Part shown: piece by piece, positions 1 to 13,026 of the stretch
Numbering within the stretch: the first letter of the stretch is position 1
Layout of the letters: each line of letters starts with the position of its first letter
Assembly: GCA_012295275.1 (NCBI GenBank)
Contig: CM022673.1
Coordinates: forward strand, 14,756,001 to 14,820,000
DNA from: Chrysomallon squamiferum
Lineage: Eukaryota > Animalia > Mollusca
Direction of reading: 5' to 3'
Length of the DNA: 64,000 nt
Notes under the pieces: model-generated
The model's database searches: none
What the model saw: only the letters and a program-made list of their open reading frames with translations
Told to the model about the DNA's origin: nothing
Position numbers and translations under genes: made by a program

Positions 1-1429
1 GTCATTTTCCACAATTTGACTGCATAAATTCTACCTTGCCTTTCTTGGAATGGTAAATGTGAATTTTTTTGTTTTTCAAAAACATCTTCTTATATATTCA
101 AGAAACCATGGAGAATATATAATGGTAAATAAACCATTTTCCATCCCTAATAAAAATTTGTATAAATAGCCATGGAGAAACTATGAAAAACTATGAAAAG
201 GCCAACTTCACAGGTAATCAGGTATTTCGGTATTTCATGTGTATAATCTTGTGTAGACTGCAGTAAAAATAGCTGTTTATATGTATAAATGTATCTAGAC
301 TATTTTGATTTATTAGTAGTAAGGACTATTTTGGTATACAGATTACATAAACTGATATATATATATATATGTAATATAAAGACCATAGTATATATAAACT
401 GGTGCTATTAGACTGTGTATTTTTAATCAATAAGGAAGGAATTTACATCATGTCAGTGAGATGTTATTTTAGCGTTATTAAAAGTCACATGATTTCATTT
501 CAACTCATAATTGCACCTGCACAACTCTGTTTGTTGATGCACTTCCTGACATCGTCACACATATGGTCATCGCCAATAGCTGTTTACATAGGCATCGTGA
601 CATCAATCACAACAAACCACAACTACAGAATTACAGCAGCAGTACAAATGGCAAAGTAATTTAACTTATCTCGCCTGGAGGCATCAATTATATTGTGAGA
701 ACTGACAGGCTGCTGCTGTAATTAACTCACCTCATTAAATCACTGGCACAGGGCCCCCCTCCCCCTTTTGCACCTGATATACACTGTACTTTTTATAAAA
801 AGAAAAAAAAATTCATTTCCAGCAATAAAGTTATTACTATAAAATTACACTTAAATTTAACTCCATTAATAATGTCTCATCCCTTTCCTTTTTCTGTTTG
901 TCTGCTGGTTAAGCACACAGTTTATTTTATTTATAAGATTGATTCTCTTGTATTCTGAGGCAATTTTGTTTTTCTGTTGATTAATCTGTCAAGTTACAAT
1001 GCATCTTGCTTCTAACTTGATGTTTCTTCTTAAATTCACCCCCCTCAAATCTCATTTGCAGAAACAGAAGTATAGAAAACACTGAAAAATATTGAACAGG
1101 AATAAAAAAAAAAAAATAACTACAAAGATTTTAAATTCTTATATTAAAATGTGTTGAGCTTAGCAGATACAACTGTCTTTTAAATTTACTTCTAAATATA
1201 ATTTATTATATTTTAATATTTGATACATCTATTTGAGTCAGCAGACTCTCTTTAATCCTAAACTATTTTAGACACTATTAAAATATATTTGATGGTTAGC
1301 ACACTGCAGACAAGAAAAAGTAATAACATTTAAATAAGATCTGAACTGAAGTCTTAAACCAAACAAGTGTGTGTAAGCTGCATTTGAATGAAAACAAACA
1401 AAAAACTTTCACAAAAATGTAGATATAGA

Positions 1430-1700
1430 TGAAATGTGTATGTTAAACTGACATATTGTGATGGGATTTTGTGTAAAAAGATGTTAAAGTGACACTGAGA
1501 AGAAATGTTTATGTAAAAAGATACATTAAAGTGACACACTGAGAAGAAATGTTTATGTAAAAAGATATGTTTAAGTGACACCCTGAGATGAGATGTTTAT
1601 GTAAAAAGATATGTTAACATGACATATTGAAACATGTAAAAAGATACATTAAAGTGACACACTGAGACGGGATGTTTATGTAAACATTTATGTTAAATTA
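1430..1700. repeat. Degenerate ~40-bp intronic tandem repeat just upstream of the 1725 exon
   Basis: Recurring ATGTTTATGTAAAAAGATA(T/C)(G/A)TTAAAGTGACACACTGAGA. Confidence 0.7.
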
Positions 1701-1724
1701 TTGTTTACATTTGTTTTGCTTCAG

Positions 1725-4700
1725 ATGCAGAGAGTGACAAAAGACAAGTGTCTGGAGATCATTAACAGCTTTGAACCATCCAAGGAAGGAAGAAGAAAAG
1801 GACAACTAGGAATAGATGGTTTGTTTTTATTTTATTTCTACTTTTATTACAATCATTAGTGTTTTCACTTGCTGTTGTTGTTGTAGTAGTAGTAGTAATA
1901 TTGGTAGTGAACATAATAATAGTAGTAGGAGTTGTAGTAATATAGTAAAAGTAGTAGTTACAACAGCAGTACTAGTAATAACTGTAGTTGTAGTAGTAAA
2001 AATAATAATACTAGTGGTAGTAGTAGCAATAGTAGTAGTAGTTATAAATAGTAGTAGTAGTAATAGTAGTAGTTGCAGAAGTAGTAGTAGGATATTAGTA
2101 GTTTTGGTAGTAGTAGTAATAGTTGTAGTAGTAAAAACAACATGCTGACTTGTATTTTATTTTAATCTATTTCTGAGACATTTTTACTAACTAGTTTCAC
2201 TTTGAGAAAACGTTTAGCAATAAATCTCTGTTTGGTTTCTCATTAGTCCCAGTTTGTCTGTGTCAGATGATGTGAGAAAGTAAAATTGATGGAGTTTAGA
2301 GTGATGTTGTTATAAACAGACATCACTGATGTGTGCATGAATTCCTCATTTGTCTCCGAGATGAATGAGGAAGTCAATAAATGTGTCTAATGAGTTGATC
2401 TGCATCATTACATGTATGTGTGTGTAATATAGTGTTATATGTATGTATCTAGTATACAGTGTTATATTTATGTATCTAGTATATAGTGTTGAATTTATGT
2501 ATAATATATAGTGTTGTATGTATATGTATAATATATAGTGTTGTATGTATGTGCATAATATAAAATATTATGTATATGTTTAACAGTTATATGCTAGGTG
2601 CATAAGATACACTATTGCATGTATGCATGTAATATGTAGTTATATGTATTTGTATACACTAGGACAGTCTACAGAAATGTGTATTTATATGTGTTAGTTT
2701 CTCAGACCCTGCAAGGTTATCACACATTTAACACTGTTTTATTCACTGTGTGTGATTATACTGCAGTATGTAATGTGTAAGTAGTATTATCAAAGCTTTA
2801 ATGACTTGTAAATTTATAAATATATATCTAATATTACAAGATGAACCAAGTCAAATTTACAACTCTTCTTAATTGCTGTTGTTTAAATATTTTAAGTAAA
2901 TGTTGTTTCACGTGTGTAAAACGGATTTTGTCAGTCTTTCAGTTTCTATAATCTGCACACAAGAACACATTTGCTGTGCAGAATTAATGTTTAATCTCCA
3001 TGTAAAATGTACTTTAGCTCAGACATTTGTAAGATGGTTTCAGTTTGTTTTACGAGTTCTCTAACTAACTTGTGTTTCTTCTATTGAGATATTCTGCATT
3101 GTTTTCTTTGCTGATTTTACTGAGTGGAATCTGTTTGAAGTTGTTTAGTGTGAAACATTGGAATGATAGGATTTAAAATGCTGCTGAGATACAGAGAAAG
3201 GAAAGTTTAATTTGAAATAAAGTACTGATATCACTTCATTTGCACTGGCATTTACTTCAGGATTTTTCTGCGAAATCTTTCTCTGTGTGTGTTTTGTGAT
3301 AAGAATTCAGAGATAAATTTACAAAGATATTCAGTCTGCCAAACTCTGCAGTGATTGCTCTTCCATTCTTTCCTTTTTATTTTTTTAAAAATTTTTTAAA
3401 TTTTTTTTGTTTTGTGTTTTCTTTCTTTGGCTGAGATTTTACTTAATACTTTTTATTTTTTATTTTTATTTTTTTTCATTTATGTTTTCTCTTGTTTTTA
3501 TTTGTTGCTTAGAAATAAATATATATATATATATTTTAGATAGTCCAAGTTGTAGGAAAAGTTTGTTGTTGATTCTATTTGCAGTTGTTGAAATACAATA
3601 TGTTGGCATATCTATAAGTATATTTGGTTTTTTTTTTTTTTTTTCTTATATTTTATATCTGCTGTCTGAAGAATGTGATATTTTTGACATGGAGTCCAAA
3701 CAGTTGTCAGGAAAACAGCCTTTGTTGTTCTCATAATACGATTTTCATTTATTTCACTAGTTTATAGCAAGTTCTCAAATACAATATTTCATTTACAACC
3801 ACTACTTTATAGCAAGTTCTCATAATGCGTGAGTATTTCATTTACAATCACTACTTTATAGCAAGTTCTCATAATGTGTGAGCATTTCATTTACAATCAC
3901 TACTTTATAGCAAGTTCTCATAATGCGTGAGTATTTCATTTACAACCACTACTTTATAGCAAGTTCTCAAGAATGTGATAAACTTTTTTATAGCAAGTTT
4001 TTATAATACATGAGTATTTCATTTACAACCACTACTTTATAGTCATAATACGTGGTAAACTGACAGTCACTACTTTATAGCAAGTTCTCATAACACGTGA
4101 GTAAACTGACAGTCACTACATTATAGCAAGTTCTCAATATGTGAGTATTTCATTTACAATCACTACTTTATAGCAAGTTCTCATAATGCGTGAGTATTTC
4201 ATTTACAACCACTACTTTATAGCAAGTTCTCATAATACGTGAGTAAACTGACAGTCACTACTTTATAGCAAGTTTTTATAATACATGAGTATTTCATTTA
4301 CAACCACTACTTTATAGCAAGTTCTCATAATACGTGAGTAAACTGACAGTCACTACTTTATAGCAAGTTCTCATAACACGTGAGTAAACTGACAGTCACT
4401 ACATTATAGCAAGTTCTCAATATGTGAGTATTTCATTTACAACCACTACTTTATAGCAAGTTCTCATAACACGTGAGTAAACTGACAGTCACTACATTAT
4501 AGCAAGTTCTCAATACGTGAGTATTTCATTTACAATCACTACTTTATAGCAAGTTCTCGTAATGCATGAGTATTTCCTTTACAACCACTACTTTATAGCA
4601 AGTTCTCATAATACGTGAGTAAACTGACAGTCACTACATTATAGCAAGTTCTCATAATACGTGAGTAAACTGACAGTCACTACATTATAGCAAGTTCTCA

Positions 4701-7700
4701 ATACGTATTTCATTTACAATCACTACTTTATAGCACATTCTCATAATACGTGAGTAAACTGACAGTCACTACTTTATAGCAAGTTCTCATAATACATGAG
4801 TAAACTGACAGTAACTACTTTATAGCAAATCTCGTAATATGTATTTGATATACAATCACTACTTTATAGCAAGTTCTCATAAAACGTATTTCATTTACAG
4901 TCACTACTTTATAGCAAGTTCTCATAATACATATTTCATTTACAATCACTACTTTATAGCAAATTCTCATAATACATATTTCATTTACAACCACTACTTT
5001 ATAGCACGTTCTCATAATACGTGAGTATTTCATTTACAATCACTTACTTACAATACCTGAGTAAACTGACAGTCACAGTCACTACTTAACAGAGTCAGTT
5101 CCTACAATGAGCAATTACATAGCTGTAATTATCTGAATCAGTCCTTGAGTATTTAAAAAAACCTCACACCATATTAATCTAGCCAACTGAAAACTACACA
5201 AATTAGTTAGCCTAGTTAATATTTGCTGTTTACCTGAAAAGTAAAATATAAAATTTTTTTTTTTTTTTTTTTTCCAGCTATTTGTTAGAAGATCAGCTGA
5301 AAGGACCGTCTAGTATAGAAGGTTACATAAGTGCACTGAGAAAGGGATGTCGTTGTGTTGAGTGTGAGTTGTAATTTTGTCTTACCTTTACTCCTTTAGT
5401 AAATGTTTTAAACAACTAAACCCACATTATCAGTAAATAAATACATAATAAATAGATAAATATACAGTCAGTGTGTTTATATATAAAGTTGCTGTAAATA
5501 ATAGAATACTGTAGTTATTAGAATGTAAATAAATAAATAGATAAATAAACAAACAAGCAATTAATGTGTTTATGTAGCAAATACTTTAAATAATAGAAAG
5601 GTAGGGAGGGTATATTTACTTAATAGAAATGTACTGGTTAATTAATTGTTAAATAATAGAGCATAACATTGCTTATTTAAGAATACAATGTGGAATATTT
5701 TGTATAATAACACTGCTTTGCTTATTTAACACAAACACACAATTACACATACATACACAAACACAAACACAGATGTGTTTATGCAGCAGAAAACCTGATA
5801 TGTGCAAATTTGTTAAATACATTATCATTATCAGTGTTGATGTTTCTTCTGTTATTTGTTTTTTTATTATTTTTATTACTTTTTTAAAATTATATTGTTA
5901 GTTTATTCATGTGTGTATATGTATCTGTGTTTTGTCTGTGTGTGGATGTGCATGCATGGATCCATTCTTTGACATAAATATCAGTGTATGTTAATAAATA
6001 TTATAGCTATTGCATGGAGATAGTTTTATATTACATGTTTACTGGGTTTTTTCTTCACACACAATTTAATTTATATCAAGTGTTTTAATTTGTAAATTTA
6101 TTTATTAACATTTGTCTTTTCTTTTTCTTTTTTTTTTTTTTTTTTTTTTTTCTTTAATTTGTGATATAAATTTGTTAATAATTCATAAATAAAAAGATAA
6201 TAAAACAAATCCATATCACAAATTAAAGAAAAAAGAAAGAGAAAAGAAATAAATTTGCAAATTAAAATGTTTGATATAAATTTAATTGTGTTTGAAAAAA
6301 ACAATCCACTATTTAAATATATATATATAAAACACTGTTTGTTAATTAAGTCTGTTTATTTACTAGTATTAAGAACAAAATAAATTTAAAAGCAACATGC
6401 CGCTTTGAAAGCAATTCTGATGTCGTAGTTGTTGTGTTTCAGTGGACTGTTGGGATGGTCCAAATGATGAACCTATAATCTATCACGGCCACACTCTGAC
6501 ATCAAAGATTTCCTTCAAATCTGTGGTGGAGGCCATCAACATCTACGCATTTGAAGTGTCTCAGTAAGTAATTATCTGTTATAAGTTTTTATAACTGATG
6601 TGTTACCTGTATCCTGTGATAATCTCTATAAAGAGCAATTCATTTGTATACTTAATGTTAAAGCTATCCTGTCATAATAGTCTCTCTAGAAACCAGTTTA
6701 TTTTTATAATTAATGTTACAGGTATCCAGTGATAATCTCTACAGAGAACAATTTATTTTTGTAATTAATGTTACAGGTATCAAGTGATAATCTCTATAGA
6801 GAACAATTTGTTTTTGTAATTAATGTTACAGGTATCCTGTGATAATCTCTATAGAGAACAATTTGTTTTTGTAATTAATGTTACAGGTATCCTGTGATAA
6901 TGTCTATAGAGAACAATTTATTTTTGTAATTAATGTTGCAGGTATCCTGTGATAATCTCTATAGAGAACCACTGTAACATCAAACAGCAGCAGGTCCTGG
7001 CAGATCATTTGAAGAAAATTCTCGGAGACAAACTCTGGACTGAGCCTGTATCTGCCGATTTAACTAAAGCCCCCTCTCCTGAATTCTTGAAAGGAAAAAT
7101 TTTGATAAAGGTAATTTGTCTTTGTAATACTGACACATTTTAAAATTTTTATTGAAATATTAATGTAATATTGAATATATTTTTGTACATGTTATATAAA
7201 TATTTGTATATAATGCTAAAGATTTGTTTAATTTTATATAAATATTGGTATAAAGTTAAAGATTTTTGTTTCTTTCTTTTAAACACAGAGTTATTAGTTT
7301 CTGTATTGAAATTAAAAAAAATATCAGTCACTTTGTGTTTTATTTGTAGTGATGTTCTAAAACTCTGCTTTCACCAGTCTCCAGAAAACCTGAATTAGAG
7401 AAAAACTGTATTTATTTGTTTGTTGATGTTATTTATTACAAATTTGTTGTGAGTTTTGTAAATTTTGTAACTGACAGGGTAAAAAACTTCCACTGAACTC
7501 CAACCTCACTGAGGGTTATGTCACAGATGAGGACGAGGGGGCAGAACCAGAAAAAAAGAAAAACAATAAAAGAGTAAGTAAAACTTTCACCATCACATCC
7601 TTTTTTCTGTGCCCCCATTATTTATTTCCCGTTCCAATTACCACCTCAAGACTTAGAGTTCATAGCAAATATAACATTTCTAAGTAGTAACTGATAGTTT

Positions 7701-8137
7701 TGTTGCTTCACCTCAGAAAAACGTGTATTTGATTCTACTGTAGTATTCTACACTTTATTTTTGATACCAGTATTTTCTAGCTGTGATAAGATATTTGTGT
7801 TTAAGTAAAACTGTGTTAACATGTTAGTGTCACTAACAGGAAGGTTCTGTGAAAAAACAGAAGCTGGCCAAGGAGTTGTCAGACTTGGTGACGTACTGTG
7901 TGTCGAAACGATTTGAAGACTTCCAGACTTCTCTTCATCGCCGTGAGTACATAAACATGTTTTATCTGTGTCTGTCTCTAATGTATATATGTATATCTGT
8001 CTGTCTCTGTCTCTGTACCTATCTACCAACCTATCTATTATATATATATATATATATCTATCAATCAATGTCTAGCACTTTGTCATATCTTTATGTATCT
8101 ATCTATATATATCTATCAATCTAACTACACATATAAT

Positions 8138-8180
<43 letters not shown>

Positions 8181-11100
8181 TAATTGTTAATATAAACACA
8201 AAATATTTCTATCATATCCACTGTGTGTGTGTGTGTGTGTGTTTTGATGTTCATATATAATGTAATTATTGTTAAGCTAAAGCATTGTATAAATTAATAA
8301 TCATTTGTGATAATGTTACAGGAGATTTTTCATTGAAAACACTGTGAAATATTAGCATGTGTATAGGATGTTTTAGTGATCATTGTTTTCAGTCTGTTGA
8401 ATTTACTACTCACTGGATTAAATGTAAAACAACATTGTATTCAGTGTTTACTAATTTATAGCATGAAATATTTTTGTGTAAAGCCTTTCAACATCAGGGT
8501 TAAAAAACAAAACAATTATAACTAAATACATGTGTTATATACAGAAACGTTTTTTTTTTTTTCAGAAAAGTTTTGGGAGATGTGTTCTTTCAGTGAGTCG
8601 CAGGCTCTCAAGTTAGCCATGTCCTGTCCTGAAGAGTTTGTCAACCACAACAAACATTTTTTATCTCGCATCTACCCCAACTCCATGAGAATTGACTCCA
8701 GCAACTACAACCCACATGACCTCTGGAACTGCGGCTGTCAGATGGGTGAGTCTTACTTTGTTGTATTAAAAATACCTTTAGCAAATGTTTATTTCAGTAG
8801 TGCTGTTAGTTTTAGAATATTTAAATCAGTTTATGTATTTCCAGTTATGGTTAATTAATTATTTTTTAATACTGAAATTTGTTTTTTTAATAAATATAAT
8901 AATTTGTTTGTACTTTGTTGTATAGAAAATATCTTTAATAAGTTTACTTCAACTGTATTTATGCTTTTTGAATATTTAAATCAATTTTATGTATTTAAAT
9001 AAGATTAATTATTTTTATTTTGTTAATAATAAGTCTGTATTTTCATGTATAAAAAATGCTTTAATAAGTTTACTTCAGCAGTGCTTAGATTTTTTGAATA
9101 CATAAATCAGATTTATGTATCTTTAGATAACTTCAATTAATTATTTAAAAATTTGTTTTTTTGAAAGACCTATGAGGCTGTACTTTGTTGTATAGAAAAT
9201 ATCTTTAATAAAAGATTATTTCAGCTGTGCTTACGGTTTTATATCATTTACATCAATTTATGTATCTCTCGTGTTAAGATTATTAATAATTTAAATATTT
9301 ATAGTTTTAAAATAAAACTGAATATTTTCCTGTATAGATATAAAAGTTTTGTATTTGCAGGGGTTTATGGGGGGATATTTATAGCAGATTTTTATTACAA
9401 TATTGTTATTTACTTGTAAGTACCAGTAATTAGAGAGTATTTCAGAGTAATTAATTTTCTTTCAGTTGCTCTCAACTATCAGACTGCGGGGTTGATGATG
9501 GATCTATATGACGGCTGGTTCAGCAAGAATGGTGGGTGTGGCTACGTGCTGAAACCAGCGATCATGCGTGAAGAGATTGCGTATTTCAGTGCCAATACAC
9601 GCGACGTCATTCCTGGCGTGTCACCTCAAATCTTACATATCAAGGTGAGTACTTGTCACTCTGTTTTACATCTCCCTGAACAAACTCAGTCTGACGTAAG
9701 GATGCTAAGTTGTGTACGGATAATATAGACCTGAATCTCTAACTCAAGTAATTTGTTTGCAGATCATCAGTGGTCAAAACTTTCCCAAACCGAAAGGTTC
9801 TGCATCTAAAGGAGATGTCACTGATCCGTACATCACAATAGAGATCTTCGGAATTCCAGCAGACTGCGCAGAGGAGAGAACTAAAACCATGCCACACAAT
9901 GGTCAGTTGACTTCATTTCAAAGTCTGCAAATTAAATAGATAATAAAGTAGACACTGGCTGATTGCAAAGTCAGTAAAAAAGAACCAATGCATCAGAGGT
10001 CAGTCTGTCTATCAGTGTGCTGTATGTGATTTTTACATTTCTGTTCAAGAAGTGATGTGATGAAAGATTGTGAAAAATATTACATCTTTCTATGTTAGAC
10101 ATGATGGTTTTTTATATTATTAAAATGAAGACCAATAGACATTTTAATGTTTTATTTTTATTTTACCGTGTTGCTTGTTCCTGTGTTTTAGGTTACAACC
10201 CGATATTTGATGAGAGTTTTGAATTTCAAATCAACCTGCCAGAACTTGCCCTCGTCCGCATCGCAGTTCTCGATGATGAGTACATCGGTGATGAGTTCAT
10301 TGGCCAGTATACCATCCCATTTGAAAGCATGTTGACAGGTTACTGATGATTTCACTAGAATTATTTTATTTTCTACTTACTCTGCTAATAATGTTCTTTA
10401 CAAAACCAAACAGTAATTATGTTTATAGGTTTTTTTAGTTATGTAACATTTTTTACAATATTTTATACTGTCAAGTTAGTCTTTTCTGGACATTTAAATA
10501 ATTGTATTTAATGAATTTACAAAGTTGAATAATTATGTTAACTGTATTTACAAAGTTAAATAATTATATTTACAATGTTTACAAATTTAGTATTTCTCTT
10601 TACTTTGTTTACAAAATTAAATAATTGTATTTACTGTGTTTACAAAGATAAATAATTGTTTACAAGATAAATAATTGTTTACAAAGATAAATGATGTTTA
10701 CCAATTTAAATAATAATTGTTTACTCTGTTTTCTGCTCAGGTTACCGACACCTGCGCCTGTTGTCAAACACAGGGACACCTTTACCTAACAGCACAATTT
10801 TTGTTCACATATCTATCACTAACAAGAGAGGTGGCGGGGTATGTTTACCTTCACTTTATTATTATTTTTTTTATTTTTATTATTATTATTATTGCTTTAT
10901 TTTACCATTTTAGCACTTCATCTAGGTAACAGATAATTTTAATTTTAATTGATATTTAAACAATTTCAAGTAACTTTAACTTTTCTTATGTTATTTGTTT
11001 GCTTTTTTTATTTATTTATTTTTTTAACTGTAGATTGTTTGATGGGGCTTTTTTTCGAGGAAGAGTTTTATTTCTTTTCATTTTATTTTATATATTTTAT

Positions 11101-12978
11101 TTTAATGTTAAATACAAAGAACATTTTAAATTTTACTTTCTGATTATTCTAGATCTTTGTATTAAAAACATTCTGATTGTTCAGGTTTCAAACAGAGAAA
11201 TTTCTGTAAAAATGTAAAAATTCTGATTGTTTAGGTTTCAAAGAGAGGGATCTATAAAAATGTTAAATCTGATTGTTCAGGGTTCAAAGAGAGGGATCTC
11301 TATAAAAATGTTAAATCTGATTGTTCAGGGTTCAAAGAGAGGAATCTCTGTAAAAATGTTAAATCTGATTGTTCAGGGTTCAAAGAGAGGGATGTCTATA
11401 AAAATGTTAAATCTGATTGTTCAGGGTTCAAAGAGAGGGATCTCTATAAAAAGAACGAAGCGATCGAGAGACTACACCAGCATGAAGTCAATTGGTGTGA
11501 AGAGCATTGATGAAACCTTCAAAGTGAGATGACTGAAATTATTTACATAGCTGTTATTTTTGTTATTGTTGTTACTATTATCATTGTTATGATTATTATT
11601 ATTATTATTAAGCTTTTTAATATTGTTTTTAAAATCTTTTTGTAATTTATATTTGCTTGCATTTAAAACAAAAAAGAAAAGTATGGGTGTGTTAATGTTT
11701 TAAATTAAAACAGAAAATAAAACTGGGGGATTCAAAATTTATAATTTATATCTCTCTATTAAAACATGAATGTTAGTTTTATCATTTCCAGTTTCAGGAA
11801 ATGTGTTTTATTGACTATTTTTATTTTTTATAATTTATTATTTATGATTACAGTTTGTTTTTACTGACACTATATAACAAAATACTTCACTAAATAAATT
11901 TTGAATGTTTGTTGTTGAGGTTGCCATTCAACCGTTGCGAGATGGGACAGATCTGAGAGACAACGTTCAGTTCGCGTTGTCGAACTTCAAAGAGAAATGT
12001 GGCCTCTCTCCCATAGCAAACATTAAACAGTGCATTCGTCTCCTAGCAACACGCATACACAACACCGGAGAACATGTTTCTCTTACTTATGTGATGAAAG
12101 GTGATGTAAGTAAACAGGCTTATTAATAAGATTTATATTTTATTATGTTCACACAGGCGTAAAAATAAAATCACCCATGATAAACTTGTAGTCATGAGAG
12201 ATTCCTACTCTAGGATATTAGCACATTAACCCACACTGGCTAATGTACTACCATATTAACTGACTCTAACATACTAACATATTAATGCAATCAGTCTACC
12301 ATACTAAAAATTATTACTACTGTAACTATTGCTAAATCATAGATGTTGAGATTTTTATGGTTAAGAAAATTTTTTTTCTTATAAATTATCTATATAGTAA
12401 TAAGATAAAGTTATGTGGACTAAAAACAAAGTTATACAGTGATAATAAAAATTTAGTTTATATGAAAAATTTTAAATTTTAGTTTAGATGATAATTTATA
12501 TTCATTTTTTTTTTTTATAAAGTACCCCTCACTGGAAGCTCATGGGTCATTACCAGAAGTTCTCAAGAAAGCCTTGTTGTCCTTTGATGATGTAAGATAT
12601 TCCACACAGACATTACTCAGTCTTTCGTGCATTTTGTTTTTACAGTAGACAGATTTGTTAGTGCTGGAATTGATCAAATCTTTTGTGCAAGTCATTTCAA
12701 ACAGACAATAAAATTTATTTTTAATAGGGTTAAAGTAGTTTTTATATGCAAATAGATTTTAAACAGTTCAGGTTAGATAGGAATTTTAAAGAAAACTATA
12801 CACATTTGGAAAACAACCCACAAAAAAATAAAGTAAAACATTCTAAACAGAAGTTTGAGTGATTATCATCTGTTTTATAAATCTAATAATTAATTGCTAC
12901 ACAGCTTTTCAAAAACACTCTATAATTTTTATTTTATATCTTTCTTTCTTTTTTTATTTATTTTTATTTTTTAATTTA

Positions 12979-13026
<48 letters not shown>

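Noticed and set aside
430-760. Relatively complex non-coding block with TAAT/TGACAG motifs (possible enhancer) and the 85-aa ORF 402-659
   Set aside because: No recognisable protein similarity or splice support, and short motifs alone are not evidence without cross-species conservation.
1816-2148. 110-aa hydrophobic ORF, and similar poly-Y/I/V/CV ORFs throughout the track
   Set aside because: These are translations of (TAG)n, (TTA)n, (TG)n and poly-T microsatellites in introns.
3730-5090. CRISPR-like reading of the repeat/linker alternation
   Set aside because: The linkers are two recurring variants, not unique spacers. The core is PLC exon sequence in a eukaryotic intron and there are no cas genes.
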